Positions 38,993 through 50,564 of a stretch of DNA of 64,000 bases are shown piece by piece. Both the position numbers and the translations under genes were made by a program. Positions within the stretch are counted from its first letter, which is position 1. Each line of letters opens with the position of its first letter. Location: positions 143,656 to 207,655 of the forward strand of contig JACRFK010000003.1 of NCBI GenBank assembly GCA_016217925.1, written 5' to 3'. The notes beneath the pieces were generated by a model. That model did not search any database. It was given only the letters and a program-made list of their open reading frames with translations, and was not told the origin of the DNA. Source of the DNA: Candidatus Kaiserbacteria bacterium. GTDB taxonomy: Bacteria > Patescibacteriota > Minisyncoccia > Phycocordibacterales > UBA2100.

Positions 38993-40819
38993 TTATACCC
39001 TTATAGTACCGAGGACTTTTTTGGCGATGGCAGATGCCGAGATTCCTTCGTATGCCAAGAGTTCTTCCGGTTTGCCGCTGTGCGGCATTTTTTCCACCGC
39101 AAGACAGAGTACTTTCCCGGCGGATTGCGCGAGCGCGCGAGCGACGGCCTCCCCCAGCCCCCCTTCGATATGATGGTCTTCTACCGTGATGATGGTCCCC
39201 GTTTCCTTTGCGGCCTTCCTCAACGTCTTCACATCGAGTGGCTTCACGCTGTAGAGATCGACGACACGCACATTGATACCCTCCTTTTTCAATATCGCAT
39301 GTGCGGCAAGCGCCTCGTGGAGCGTGATGCCGGCCGCGACGATGGTCGCGGCGTCCTTTGCACTCCTGCGCAGCACCTTGCTTCCACCGATGGGAAACTT
39401 TTCGTCGTTGTCATACAAAATAGGGGTTGCCTGGCGAGTTGTACGGATATAGATTACGCCTTTGTGTCCCGCGGCGGCTTCCGTCAATTTGTCGCAGGAA
39501 ACCGCATCAGACGGATACAGAACGGAACTTCCTAGTACGCTTCTGAACATCGCGATATCTTCGAGTCCCATCTGCGAAGCACCGTCTTCTCCGATGGATA
39601 CACCCGCATGAGAACCAGCACATATCATGTGCGCACCGGCGTACTGCGCCATCCGTATCTGGTCATATGCGCGCGAAAGAAAAGCCGAAAAGGTCGAGAT
39701 GAAGGGAATCTTGCCGCGCCGCCACATCCCGAGCGCGACGCCTGCCATATTCTGTTCGGCAATGAACATCTCAAAAAAATCCTTCGGATACGTGCTCTTG
39801 AAACCGTCCGCATACGTGGAATTGCTCACTTCGGCATCGAGGACCGCCATGTGCGGGTATTTCGCACGGATACGCACGAGCGCGTTGCCGTATGCCTTTC
39901 TCGTCGCGACTTTATCTTCCTTCTTGTACGAAACGGGCCCAGACGCACGCACCGGCTGCTGCTTTTGCTTTCGCGTAGATGGTTTTTTGAGCTGCGCTGT
40001 CTCTCCTCTCTCGATGCGGCCCAATTCAAGAAGCGCTTTTTCGAGCTCCTCTTTTTTTAGTGCTTTGCCGTGCCAATCCGGCTTGTTCTCAAGGAACGAG
40101 ATGCCTGCGCCCTTAAAAGTTTTTGCGATTATCATCGTGGGCTTTCCTTTGACGCGCAACGCTTTTTGAAATGCCGCTTTAATTTCTCCGAGCGAATGAC
40201 CGTCTACAACGACGATTTCCCATCCGAATGCTTTGCACTTGCGGGCGTAGGCTTGCACATCGTGCCCGTGCATCGTTTCTCTGCTCTGTCCCAGCCTGTT
40301 CACATCGATAATGCCGACGAGATTGTCGAGCTCGTAGTAAGCCGCCGATTGCATCGCTTCCCACACCGAGCCTTCGGCCATTTCGCTGTCACCTAAAAGC
40401 ACGTATGTTTTGAAGGGGAGTCTGTCGCGCTTCGCCACGAGGCTCATACCGACACCGACGGAGAGTCCCTGCCCGAGCGAGCCGGTCGGCACTTCGGTAA
40501 AAGGAAATTCCATGGTGGGGTGGCCTTCGAGCCGCGAGCCAAATTTCCGCAAGGTGTTGAGCTCCTTTTTCGGGATACCGCCGGCTACCGCCCACAGCGC
40601 ATAGAAAAGCGGTGAAGCGTGCCCTTTCGAGAAAATGAGTCGGTCATTGTTATGGTACTGCGGGTGCTTCACGTCGAAGCGGAAAAATCCGCCGAAGAAA
40701 AGCGCCGTCATCAGATCCGTCGCCGAGAGCGACGAGGTCGGATGTCCCGACCCGGCGGCGGTCGAGGAGGTGAGGATGTGATGCCGTATCAACGCCGCAA
40801 GCCGTTCCAGTGTTGGCAT
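38993..40819 (-). CDS. tkt: Transketolase
   Basis: SGHPTSSLS, SKGHA, GDSEMAEG, IAEQN, GEDGASQ. Confidence 0.93.
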   Translation of the reverse strand: MPTLERLAALIRHHILTSSTAAGSGHPTSSLSATDLMTALFFGGFFRFDVKHPQYHNNDRLIFSKGHASPLFYALWAVAGGIPKKELNTLRKFGSRLEGHPTMEFPFTEVPTGSLGQGLSVGVGMSLVAKRDRLPFKTYVLLGDSEMAEGSVWEAMQSAAYYELDNLVGIIDVNRLGQSRETMHGHDVQAYARKCKAFGWEIVVVDGHSLGEIKAAFQKALRVKGKPTMIIAKTFKGAGISFLENKPDWHGKALKKEELEKALLELGRIERGETAQLKKPSTRKQKQQPVRASGPVSYKKEDKVATRKAYGNALVRIRAKYPHMAVLDAEVSNSTYADGFKSTYPKDFFEMFIAEQNMAGVALGMWRRGKIPFISTFSAFLSRAYDQIRMAQYAGAHMICAGSHAGVSIGEDGASQMGLEDIAMFRSVLGSSVLYPSDAVSCDKLTEAAAGHKGVIYIRTTRQATPILYDNDEKFPIGGSKVLRRSAKDAATIVAAGITLHEALAAHAILKKEGINVRVVDLYSVKPLDVKTLRKAAKETGTIITVEDHHIEGGLGEAVARALAQSAGKVLCLAVEKMPHSGKPEELLAYEGISASAIAKKVLGTIRV

Positions 40820-40872
40820 AAAAAGCCACAGTACCACAACCGCAGGGCAAATAAAACCGACCCTAAGAATCT

Positions 40873-41505
40873 TCAAATCCTCAGTTTTTCCGGATTCGTC
40901 GCACGTATCTCTTTGTGAGTGACCTTCCCGTCCGCATCGATTTTGTAGCAATACACTTCCCCGAAACCTATCTCGAGTTCGTGGACCTTATCATCGGCGA
41001 TATTATCAAGATGCTTCACGAGAGCCCTAAGCGAATTGCCGTGAGCGACCACGAGCACATTGTGTCCGGCGAGAAGCTGGGGGTGGATGTGTTGCTCATA
41101 GTAAGGGATAACGCGACCATGCACATCTTTCAGATTTTCACCGTTCAAAATCACGGTATCCCAACCGCGACGGATATCGTGGAACGCTTTTTCTCCCAGC
41201 TCGTCTCTCACCTGCCACTTATCCTTGCCGGTGTGTATACCGTAGTCGCGCTCGTTTAACGCGGCATGAACGTTCGCTTCAAGATCGTGCCTGTTCAACG
41301 TCTTTTTAATCTCGTGCAGCGTCTGGTGTGCGCGCTTTAGCTTTGAAACGTGTGCTTTGTGAATGTCGATATCCCGTAATGCTTCCCCCATGCGTCGTGC
41401 GTCTTCTATCCCCTCCGAGGCAAGATCAACGTCCGTGAGCCCCGTCCACTTGCCGAGCTTGTTCCACTCCGATGTGCCGTGCCTAACCAAAATGAGGTAT
41501 GCCAT
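40873..41505 (-). CDS. gpmA: 2,3-BPG-dependent phosphoglycerate mutase
   Basis: RHG.SEWN...WTG..D, LNERDYG, AHGNSLR. Confidence 0.9.
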   Translation of the reverse strand: MAYLILVRHGTSEWNKLGKWTGLTDVDLASEGIEDARRMGEALRDIDIHKAHVSKLKRAHQTLHEIKKTLNRHDLEANVHAALNERDYGIHTGKDKWQVRDELGEKAFHDIRRGWDTVILNGENLKDVHGRVIPYYEQHIHPQLLAGHNVLVVAHGNSLRALVKHLDNIADDKVHELEIGFGEVYCYKIDADGKVTHKEIRATNPEKLRI

Positions 41506-41513
41506 TTGAAGTA

Positions 41514-43411
<1,898 letters not shown>

Positions 43412-43418
43412 TTATATA

Positions 43419-44702
43419 TTAAAGTTTCAAGTTTTCCGCCTCTGCCTCCTGTGTCTTCAGTCCTACGCTCTCGGAGATAGTACGCAACCAGTCCGTCTGT
43501 AGGAGTGTGCGCGCCGCATAGACGGCGGCGGCCATCGCGGCGATGCCGCCTATTGCCAGGCCCCATCGCGGCCCGATGTATTCCCCGGTCAATCCGACGA
43601 ACGGAGCGCCCACGAGTGTCGAGCCGAAAATGGCCATGGACCACAACGACATGACGCGCCCGCGCATATGCGGCGAGGCGGCGAGCTGTATCATCGTGTT
43701 GCCGAGCGAGGTCAGGTTGATGGAGAAAAATCCGACAAACACCATGCCGACAATCGCAAGCGAAAGCGTGGGCATGCTCGCGGTCACCGCGATGGAAAGA
43801 CCGAAGAAAAATGCCGACGCGACGAATTCGTGCGGTGCGATCTGTTTGCGGCTGGCGGCAAAGAGCCCGCCTGCCACCGAGCCCGCACCCATCGCGGAGA
43901 GCAACGCCGCATAATCTGCGGCGGCACCGGCGAAGGTACCCTGCGCGAGGAGCGGCAGGCTCACCTGAAATTCGTACGATAAGGTCCCGATGACGGCCAT
44001 GGCGATAAGTACCGTCTTGATGACGGGTACCGAAGCCGCATACGAAATGCTTTCGAGAAGATGCCCGCGCGGTTTTTCTTCCCGTTCCTCCGTATGCATA
44101 TCCTTTTTGTCCATGAGGAGAAGCATGGCGATGAGTGCGATGAATGAGATCGAATTGGCAAGAAAGCAGAATGCGATACCGACCGTCGCGATGAGAGTAC
44201 CCGCTATCATCGGGCCTACCGCGCGCGCGACGTTTGCCTCGGTGGCGTTCAGCGTAACGGCATTGCGAAGATTGTCGCGCCCGACCATTTCGTGGACAAA
44301 GGTCTGACGCGTCGGATTGTCTATCACGTCGACGAGGCCAAGCGCCATGGCAAAAATAAAAAACATCCACGTCTGGATAAAATCCGTATAGACGAGGATC
44401 GCGAGCGCGAATGCGAGCACGGCAAAGCTTGATTGTGTGATAAAAAGAATGCGGCGTTTATCAAATCTGTCCACAATGATCCCTGCAAAAGGGCCGCCCA
44501 ACAGCATCGGCATAAAGCGGAACGCGAGTACCGTGCCGAGCGCGGTTCCCGAACCGGTGAGCTGCAGCACGAGCCAACTGAGGCCCACCGTCTGCATCCA
44601 ATTGCCCACATGCGAGAATCCCTGCCCTATGAAATAGAGCCGGTAGTTTGGCACCTTGAGCGACGAGAACGTTTGTGTGCTGAATTCTTTTAGTGCTTCC
44701 AT
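43419..44702 (-). CDS. MFS transporter (MFS_3-like)
   Basis: 12 transmembrane segments, G..VDRFDKRR. Confidence 0.9.
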   Translation of the reverse strand: MEALKEFSTQTFSSLKVPNYRLYFIGQGFSHVGNWMQTVGLSWLVLQLTGSGTALGTVLAFRFMPMLLGGPFAGIIVDRFDKRRILFITQSSFAVLAFALAILVYTDFIQTWMFFIFAMALGLVDVIDNPTRQTFVHEMVGRDNLRNAVTLNATEANVARAVGPMIAGTLIATVGIAFCFLANSISFIALIAMLLLMDKKDMHTEEREEKPRGHLLESISYAASVPVIKTVLIAMAVIGTLSYEFQVSLPLLAQGTFAGAAADYAALLSAMGAGSVAGGLFAASRKQIAPHEFVASAFFFGLSIAVTASMPTLSLAIVGMVFVGFFSINLTSLGNTMIQLAASPHMRGRVMSLWSMAIFGSTLVGAPFVGLTGEYIGPRWGLAIGGIAAMAAAVYAARTLLQTDWLRTISESVGLKTQEAEAENLKL

Positions 44703-44714
44703 ATAATAGAGGGG

Positions 44715-44791
44715 TCAGGATACCCCATGAGATAGGGCCGAAAACGACGTTGCAACTTCTCACCCTTCGTCATCTCACGGGGTAAACCTGA
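44715..44791. repeat. Inverted-repeat element CCCCATGAGAT...ATCTCACGGGG
   Basis: 11-bp arms with one mismatch plus outer TCAGG/CCTGA. Confidence 0.55.
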
Positions 44792-44817
44792 TTGTATCGC
44801 ACCTCCCGCGGGTGCGA

Positions 44818-45099
44818 TCACGCTTTTGGGGTGGGATTACTGTCGTCTTCGTCAAGGGGTCCGATGATGCCGAGGATCCATTTTTCTATCTTTTCGAGCG
44901 CGGCGTGGATCTTTGGGTAGCGCACAGTGTGCACTATCGCCCATGCGCGGAAACGCGGAGAAGAGATAGAGATGAGGATGAGGCCGATAGCGAAGAAAAG
45001 GAATCCTTGAAGGATCGGGAGCGCAAAGCCAAGGAGCCCAAGCAGGATAAAGACGATGGCAGCCAGAACTACAAGAACGCGTTTGAACTCTCTGTTCAT
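44818..45099 (-). CDS. Small membrane protein (DUF454/PGPGW-like)
   Basis: LGLLGFALPILQG transmembrane hairpin. Confidence 0.7.
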   Translation of the reverse strand: MNREFKRVLVVLAAIVFILLGLLGFALPILQGFLFFAIGLILISISSPRFRAWAIVHTVRYPKIHAALEKIEKWILGIIGPLDEDDSNPTPKA

Positions 45100-45135
45100 T
45101 CCGCTGAGTGTACACCAGAGTTTCCGCGCGGTCAG

Positions 45136-45294
45136 CTACCGTTCATCGGCTTTATAGATACACTTGATACACTGGGTCTGTTTGTCACGGGTCTTGATGT
45201 ACTTGTTACCGCATGCGCACACGGGGACGTGCGTCAAAAAAGGTTTTTCTACCCATTTACCATGCCTCTGAAATGTCTTCGAGGGAAGGTTCAT
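45136..45294 (-). CDS. Small putative zinc-binding protein (52 aa)
   Basis: CACG...CIKC; TATTGT 7 nt upstream. Confidence 0.6.
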   Translation of the reverse strand: MNLPSKTFQRHGKWVEKPFLTHVPVCACGNKYIKTRDKQTQCIKCIYKADER

Positions 45295-45351
45295 GCCTGC
45301 AACAATACCACGTCTTGAGACAAAAATCAAATGGCATGCTATATATTCGTA

Positions 45352-46599
45352 ATGTCGGCTGGAAAAACGAAATACGATGTCATTGTGATAGGCGGCGGAG
45401 CTTCCGGAATGATGGCCGCAGGCCGCGCTGCGGAGCGCGGCAAATCCGTCGTGCTGCTCGAGAAAAATCCCGCGGTCGGTAAGAAACTGGATATCACGGG
45501 TGGCGGTCGCTGCAACATCACCAACGCCGAATTCGACCGGCATGCCTTCGCCAAGCACTACGGCGCTTCGGAGCAATTTCTTTATTCTCCCCTCTCCCAA
45601 TTCGGCGTGCAGGACACTTTTGATTTCTTTACGAAGCGCGGGCTTCCGCTCGTCGTCGAGGCACGCAAGCGCGCCTTTCCTGAATCGCAGAAATCTCCCG
45701 ACGTGACGCGTGTGATGAAAAAATACCTGGCCGATGCGGGGGTGACCGTCCTCACTCACTCAGCGGTGCTCGGTCTGACTTGTATTGGTAATCGCATCAC
45801 TGAAGTACTGACAAAGAAGGGCGTGTTTGCGGCTGATGCATTCGTCATTGCGACGGGCGGCGTATCGCATCCCGAGACCGGTTCGACGGGCGACGGTTTC
45901 AGGTGGCTCGCGGAGCTCGGACACACGGTCCATCCCCCCACTCCAACCATCGTGCCTCTCAAGACGGCCGAAAAATGGGTGAAATCGCTTGCAGGCATTT
46001 CGCTCGCGGCTATGAAAATCACATTTTTTGCCGACGGCAAGCGAGCGTTTTCCAAAAAAGGCGGACTGCTCTTCACGCACTTTGGGCTTTCAGGACCGCT
46101 CATATTGAACAGTGCAAGCGCTGTTGCGGAATTGTTTAAAGAGGCAGACGTAACCGCGACCATCGACCTTTATCCTGATATGGATTTCGCCGCGCTTGAA
46201 AAATTAGTCATCACGAAAATCGAGGCCAACAAGAACAAAGATTTTAAGAATGTCCTTGCGGATATACTGCCGCCCGGCATGGCAAAAGCGATTCCCCAAC
46301 TTTTCACGCTGTCCGAAGCCGGGGTCAAAGCTCATAGCCTGACCAAAGAGGAACGTAAGCGACTAATTCATATTCTGAAAGCCGCGCCACTCACGATAAC
46401 GGGCCTCATGGGATTCGACAGGGCGGTCATCTCTGACGGCGGCGTGCCGCTCACCGAAGTGGACACGCGCACGATGCGCTCGCTCAAAATCAACAATCTC
46501 TATCTCACGGGCGACATACTCCACATCAACCGCCCGTCGGGCGGCTACTCGCTGCAGCTGTGCTGGACCACCGGCTTCGTCGCAGGCAACAGCATTTAA
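45352..46599 (+). CDS. HI0933/BaiN-family flavoprotein
   Basis: GGGASG, KKL.ITGGGRCNITN, LFTHFGLSGP, GGYSLQ. Confidence 0.92.
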   Translation: MSAGKTKYDVIVIGGGASGMMAAGRAAERGKSVVLLEKNPAVGKKLDITGGGRCNITNAEFDRHAFAKHYGASEQFLYSPLSQFGVQDTFDFFTKRGLPLVVEARKRAFPESQKSPDVTRVMKKYLADAGVTVLTHSAVLGLTCIGNRITEVLTKKGVFAADAFVIATGGVSHPETGSTGDGFRWLAELGHTVHPPTPTIVPLKTAEKWVKSLAGISLAAMKITFFADGKRAFSKKGGLLFTHFGLSGPLILNSASAVAELFKEADVTATIDLYPDMDFAALEKLVITKIEANKNKDFKNVLADILPPGMAKAIPQLFTLSEAGVKAHSLTKEERKRLIHILKAAPLTITGLMGFDRAVISDGGVPLTEVDTRTMRSLKINNLYLTGDILHINRPSGGYSLQLCWTTGFVAGNSI

Positions 46600-46608
46600 A
46601 AGTCCCCG

Positions 46609-46637
46609 AAGCACAGAGAACCGACCTATGTGCTTTT
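46609..46637 (+). repeat. REP-like repeat, copy A
   Basis: AAGCACAGAGAACCGACCTATGTGCTTTT. Confidence 0.85.
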
Positions 46638-46646
46638 CCAGTTGGT

Positions 46647-47426
46647 TTACCGAACTTCAAGAGGCCACGCTAGAGGTAAGGTAAATGGTAAAGGAATTTC
46701 CTCCAGTGGAAGTATGGCCCCAACACCAGAAAGCTCATTTCTACATCCGGAAGAATCCAAAGTGGAGAGTGGCTGTTGTCCAGTAACTGTTTCTCCGTTA
46801 TTACTCTTGAAGAGTCTGCCGTCCACGACTCCACCTGCTTGCGGATTCATACCACCGCTTTGTCTGTATGGTATACCACTACAGTTCTGCTGAAGAAAAT
46901 ATAGGGAGAAACCTGGTCCAACATCAACCCTTGCAGTAGGAGCAGGATTTTGTTCAAAAGATAGAAATATTTCTTGAGAAGGAAAATAAGTAACAAAGTC
47001 GATAGCCCTCGAGTCGGCATTGACTAGGGTGCCAAGATCTTGTCCGCTTGCGTCATAAAGGTGAAGTGTGCTACCGGAATTACCTTTATCACCCGTGTCA
47101 CCTTTGGGACCCTGTTCGCCTGTGTCTCCTTTGTCGCCTTGGATTCCCTGTGATCCGGCATCACCCTTATCACCCTTTGGGCCCGTGGGCCCCTGAATAC
47201 CCTGCGGTCCTTGAGGTCCGGATACGTTCCACGAAAGTGGCTTGTCCTTCCCATGACATTTCTTAAAGAGAAAACCATCACCGATTACATATACCAATCC
47301 CGCCCCGTTTACACAGGCAGATATTGAAGTTCCGGCGGCTAGAGAAAAGCTCCAGAATCCTAGAGAAATTATGGTAATCGCCAATATCAAAATAGAGGTT
47401 CCTACCCATGCAGTGTTCGTTTTCAT
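46647..47426 (-). CDS. Secreted collagen-like protein
   Basis: Signal/transmembrane segment and about 16 Gly-X-Y triplets. Confidence 0.85.
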   Translation of the reverse strand: MKTNTAWVGTSILILAITIISLGFWSFSLAAGTSISACVNGAGLVYVIGDGFLFKKCHGKDKPLSWNVSGPQGPQGIQGPTGPKGDKGDAGSQGIQGDKGDTGEQGPKGDTGDKGNSGSTLHLYDASGQDLGTLVNADSRAIDFVTYFPSQEIFLSFEQNPAPTARVDVGPGFSLYFLQQNCSGIPYRQSGGMNPQAGGVVDGRLFKSNNGETVTGQQPLSTLDSSGCRNELSGVGAILPLEEIPLPFTLPLAWPLEVR

Positions 47427-47484
47427 AGTAGACCAACAATACGCTCATTAGGGCGGCTAGCAAGCCACACATTCCAGAGGTTTA

Positions 47485-47515
47485 AAAAGCACATAGGTCG
47501 GTTCTCTGTGCTTTT
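47485..47515 (-). repeat. REP-like repeat, copy B
   Basis: Reverse complement of copy A. Confidence 0.85.
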
Positions 47516-47532
47516 CGGCCCTTTCCCGTCTT

Positions 47533-48306
47533 TTATCTCGATGTGTCGACCAGTAGAACGCCTGTCGCAAGTACGAGGGCGATTCTCGCGTCGGAGATGA
47601 TGACGGTGTAGGTGCCGTTTTCTAATTTGACGCCTGCGTCAGCAACCGTCGCGGACCAACGACCGCCCACGACCAAAAATCCTCCCGAATACCGCCACAC
47701 GTAGTCCTGTGAAGCCTTGTCTATCGGCGAAGGCACGGTCACGCGGCCTTTCTTTATCCGCACTTCGATATCGGCGTTCTGGACTGTGCCCGAAAGCGTC
47801 GGATTAGCGGAATTCGTCGTAAGGGATTTTTGGTCAATCGTCGCAAAAGCGCTACCTGCCGTCGGTTTATAAACGGTAAATGTTACCCATTTCCCTGTTC
47901 CCTGCCATTCCGAACTGTTCCCCGCGCCTTTTCCAATCAGTTGAGCAGAGTAAACGCCCGGCATCGTGTACGCGTGAGTGACGCGGCACAACGAATCAGT
48001 GGGTCCTGCGAGAGGAGTACAAGTCATTGTGCCGAAGCCGGTCCCATCGCCAAAGTCGACAGCGAATGTCCCGGCGAGAGCGGCGGTGCGCTGTTGAAAT
48101 ACAACACTCAGTGGCGCAAGTCCCGATATAGGCGACGCTGTAAATGTTGGTGAAGGCGTGACGACGCTCTCGGTTTGCAGTTGTTGCAACTTGGCTAGGA
48201 TCGACTGTATTTGGGCTTGCAAATCGCTCACCATATCAGCCGACGCAACGACCGGTGATGCGAGGAGAAGTACACTGAGACTGGCGAATGCAAGCTTTCG
48301 AATCAT
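47533..48306 (-). CDS. Secreted PKD/Ig-like domain protein
   Basis: Signal peptide, ASP.SG.APL.V.F, VDFGDG, H.YT.PG.Y; Ig-like NPTLSGT. Confidence 0.8.
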   Translation of the reverse strand: MIRKLAFASLSVLLLASPVVASADMVSDLQAQIQSILAKLQQLQTESVVTPSPTFTASPISGLAPLSVVFQQRTAALAGTFAVDFGDGTGFGTMTCTPLAGPTDSLCRVTHAYTMPGVYSAQLIGKGAGNSSEWQGTGKWVTFTVYKPTAGSAFATIDQKSLTTNSANPTLSGTVQNADIEVRIKKGRVTVPSPIDKASQDYVWRYSGGFLVVGGRWSATVADAGVKLENGTYTVIISDARIALVLATGVLLVDTSR

Positions 48307-48383
48307 GAATGAAATGACGCTAAGGTAATATGAAAATGCTAACACCAGTTTCCCAATTGTCTATGACGTTCGGTGTTGTTCGA

Positions 48384-48413
48384 AAAAGCACATAGGTCGG
48401 TTCTCTGTGTTTT
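48384..48413 (-). repeat. REP-like repeat, copy C
   Basis: AAAAGCACATAGGTCGGTTCTCTGTGTTTT. Confidence 0.85.
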
Positions 48414-49380
48414 ACAAACCTTTTTCGTCCTTAATTTTGTTGAGTATCTTTTTTACCTGTTCGAGACTCTCGGTTTCGAGTATTGATATCGCAAGAGGTT
48501 TGAGGCCGGCTTTTTTCAACGCCGCCAGTTTTTCTTCCACTTCCTCGGGCGTGAGCATGTCGGACTTTGTGAGGAATACGTGCTCGACTTTTTTTGTGAG
48601 CTCCGGGTTGTACGTCTCCAATTCTTTGCGGATGATTTTATGATCGCGCACGACGTCGTCGGATTCGGCGTCTATCAAATGGAACAGCACTTTCGTGCGT
48701 TCAATGTGCTTGAGGAATTTGACGCCAAGCCCCTTACCGCCCGAAGCGCCTTCGATGATGCCCGGGATGTCGGCGAGAATGACGCCGTAATACGAGCCGA
48801 GGTGCGGCTCCAGTGTCGTGAAAGGATAATTCGCGACGCGACTCTTGGCGGCGGTGAGCTCATTCAAGAGGCTCGATTTACCTGCATTGGGTAGCCCCAC
48901 GAATCCGACATCGGCGATGAGACGCAGTTCGAGCTTGTATGTCGCTTCATCGCCCTTTGTGCCGTCCTCATGTTCCATCGGCGTCGTGTTGGTCGCCGAG
49001 CGGAACTTGAAATTGCCCCTGCCGCCTACCCCACCGCCTGCCGCAAGGACACGCTGCCCGACCTCCGCTATTTCCTGTTTGAATCCGGTCCCCAGATTGG
49101 TGACCGTGGTCCCCGTCGGCACTTTCAGCACCATGTCCTCGCCTCTCCGGCCGTCGAGAAATTGCCCGCGGCCGTCCCTTCCGCGTTCGGCCTCCACTTC
49201 CTGCCTGCTCGCAAATACCATCAGCGCATTGATATCGCCGGTCCCTTCGAAGTACACGCTGCCGCCGGTACCGCCGTCTGCGCCCGTAGGGCCCCGTGAA
49301 AGCTTGACCTTATTGAAAGCAACGGCGCCATTGCCGCCGTCGCCCGCTTTGACCTTGATTGTCAGCTCATCTATAAGCAT
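48412..49380 (-). CDS. obgE: GTPase Obg, without C-terminal domain
   Basis: Gly-rich Obg fold, GLPNAGKSS, ADIPG. Confidence 0.95.
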   Translation of the reverse strand: MLIDELTIKVKAGDGGNGAVAFNKVKLSRGPTGADGGTGGSVYFEGTGDINALMVFASRQEVEAERGRDGRGQFLDGRRGEDMVLKVPTGTTVTNLGTGFKQEIAEVGQRVLAAGGGVGGRGNFKFRSATNTTPMEHEDGTKGDEATYKLELRLIADVGFVGLPNAGKSSLLNELTAAKSRVANYPFTTLEPHLGSYYGVILADIPGIIEGASGGKGLGVKFLKHIERTKVLFHLIDAESDDVVRDHKIIRKELETYNPELTKKVEHVFLTKSDMLTPEEVEEKLAALKKAGLKPLAISILETESLEQVKKILNKIKDEKGL

Positions 49381-49427
49381 TGAGGCATGCTACCATAATC
49401 GACTCTATTTGATGTATTCTGTGTTGG

Positions 49428-50564
49428 ATGTTCGAATTTAAGATTCTCAAACGTTCAAAAAAGTCGCGGGCCCGGCTCGGCGTGATAACAACGCCGCACG
49501 GTGAAATTGAAACTCCCGCATTCGTACCCGTCGCCACGCGCGCGACCGTCCGCACGCTTGAAAGTGACGAGGTCGCGGCCGCCGGCTCGCAAGTCCTCAT
49601 CTGCAACACGTATCACCTCCACACTGCGCCCGGCGAAAAAAACGTGAAGCGTGCGGGCGGCCTCCACCATTTCATGCAGTGGAAGAGGCCGCTCATGACG
49701 GATTCCGGAGGATTCCAGGTATTCAGTCTGGGATTCGGCAAAGACCACGGCGTCGGAAAGATATTGAAGGAAGAGCCCGAGCGGCGCATACCGGAGGGTA
49801 CACAGCCCACGCATATCAAGATTACAGACGACGGAGTGCATTTCCGCTCGCCGATAGACGGTACCGAGCTGTATCTCAGCCCCAAAGAATCCATCCGCAT
49901 TCAGGAAGCGCTCGGCGCAGACATCATGTTTGCTTTCGACGAATGCCCCTCGCCTCTTGCCGATGAGGACTATTTGCACACATCGCTCGAGCGGACGCAT
50001 CGCTGGGCGGCCCAGTGTCTCAAAGTCCGCAAGACCTCTCAGGCGCTGTACGGCATCGTCCAAGGAGGAGGCTTCAAGAACATGCGTATCGAAAGCGCGC
50101 GCCTCATCGGCGCGCTGCCTTTCGAGGGATTCGGCGTCGGCGGAGAATTCGGCTACGACAAGCGCTCGCTGCAAAAAATGCTGGAGCATGTGCACGATGA
50201 ACTTCCGGAAAACAAGCCGCGCCACGTGCTCGGCGTTGGGCACCCGGAAGATTTCCCATACATCGCGGGCGCGGGCGGCGACACCTTCGATTGCATCGCG
50301 CCGACGCACTACGCGCGCCGCGGGACGATATTTACATCCAAAGGCAGGCTCCAAATCCGCAACCAACGCCATCTCACAGACCAAAAACCGCTGGACCCCA
50401 CCTGCTCGTGTGACATATGTAAAACATACTCACGCGCTTACATCTCACACCTCATGCGAGCATACGAACTGACAGGCATGAAGCTCGCTTCGTATCACAA
50501 CCTTCACTTCTTCAACGCGCAGGCCACCCTTTTGCGCAAGCGCATCCAAAACGGCGAAATCTAG
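49428..50564 (+). CDS. tgt: tRNA-guanine transglycosylase
   Basis: TDSGGFQVFSL, GIVQGG, CxCxxC...H zinc site. Confidence 0.95.
   Translation: MFEFKILKRSKKSRARLGVITTPHGEIETPAFVPVATRATVRTLESDEVAAAGSQVLICNTYHLHTAPGEKNVKRAGGLHHFMQWKRPLMTDSGGFQVFSLGFGKDHGVGKILKEEPERRIPEGTQPTHIKITDDGVHFRSPIDGTELYLSPKESIRIQEALGADIMFAFDECPSPLADEDYLHTSLERTHRWAAQCLKVRKTSQALYGIVQGGGFKNMRIESARLIGALPFEGFGVGGEFGYDKRSLQKMLEHVHDELPENKPRHVLGVGHPEDFPYIAGAGGDTFDCIAPTHYARRGTIFTSKGRLQIRNQRHLTDQKPLDPTCSCDICKTYSRAYISHLMRAYELTGMKLASYHNLHFFNAQATLLRKRIQNGEI

Noticed and set aside
46609-48413. CRISPR array or integron attC interpretation of the repeats
   Set aside because: Spacing is about 900 bp with mixed orientation; no cas or intI gene and no RYYYAAC/GTTRRRY ends
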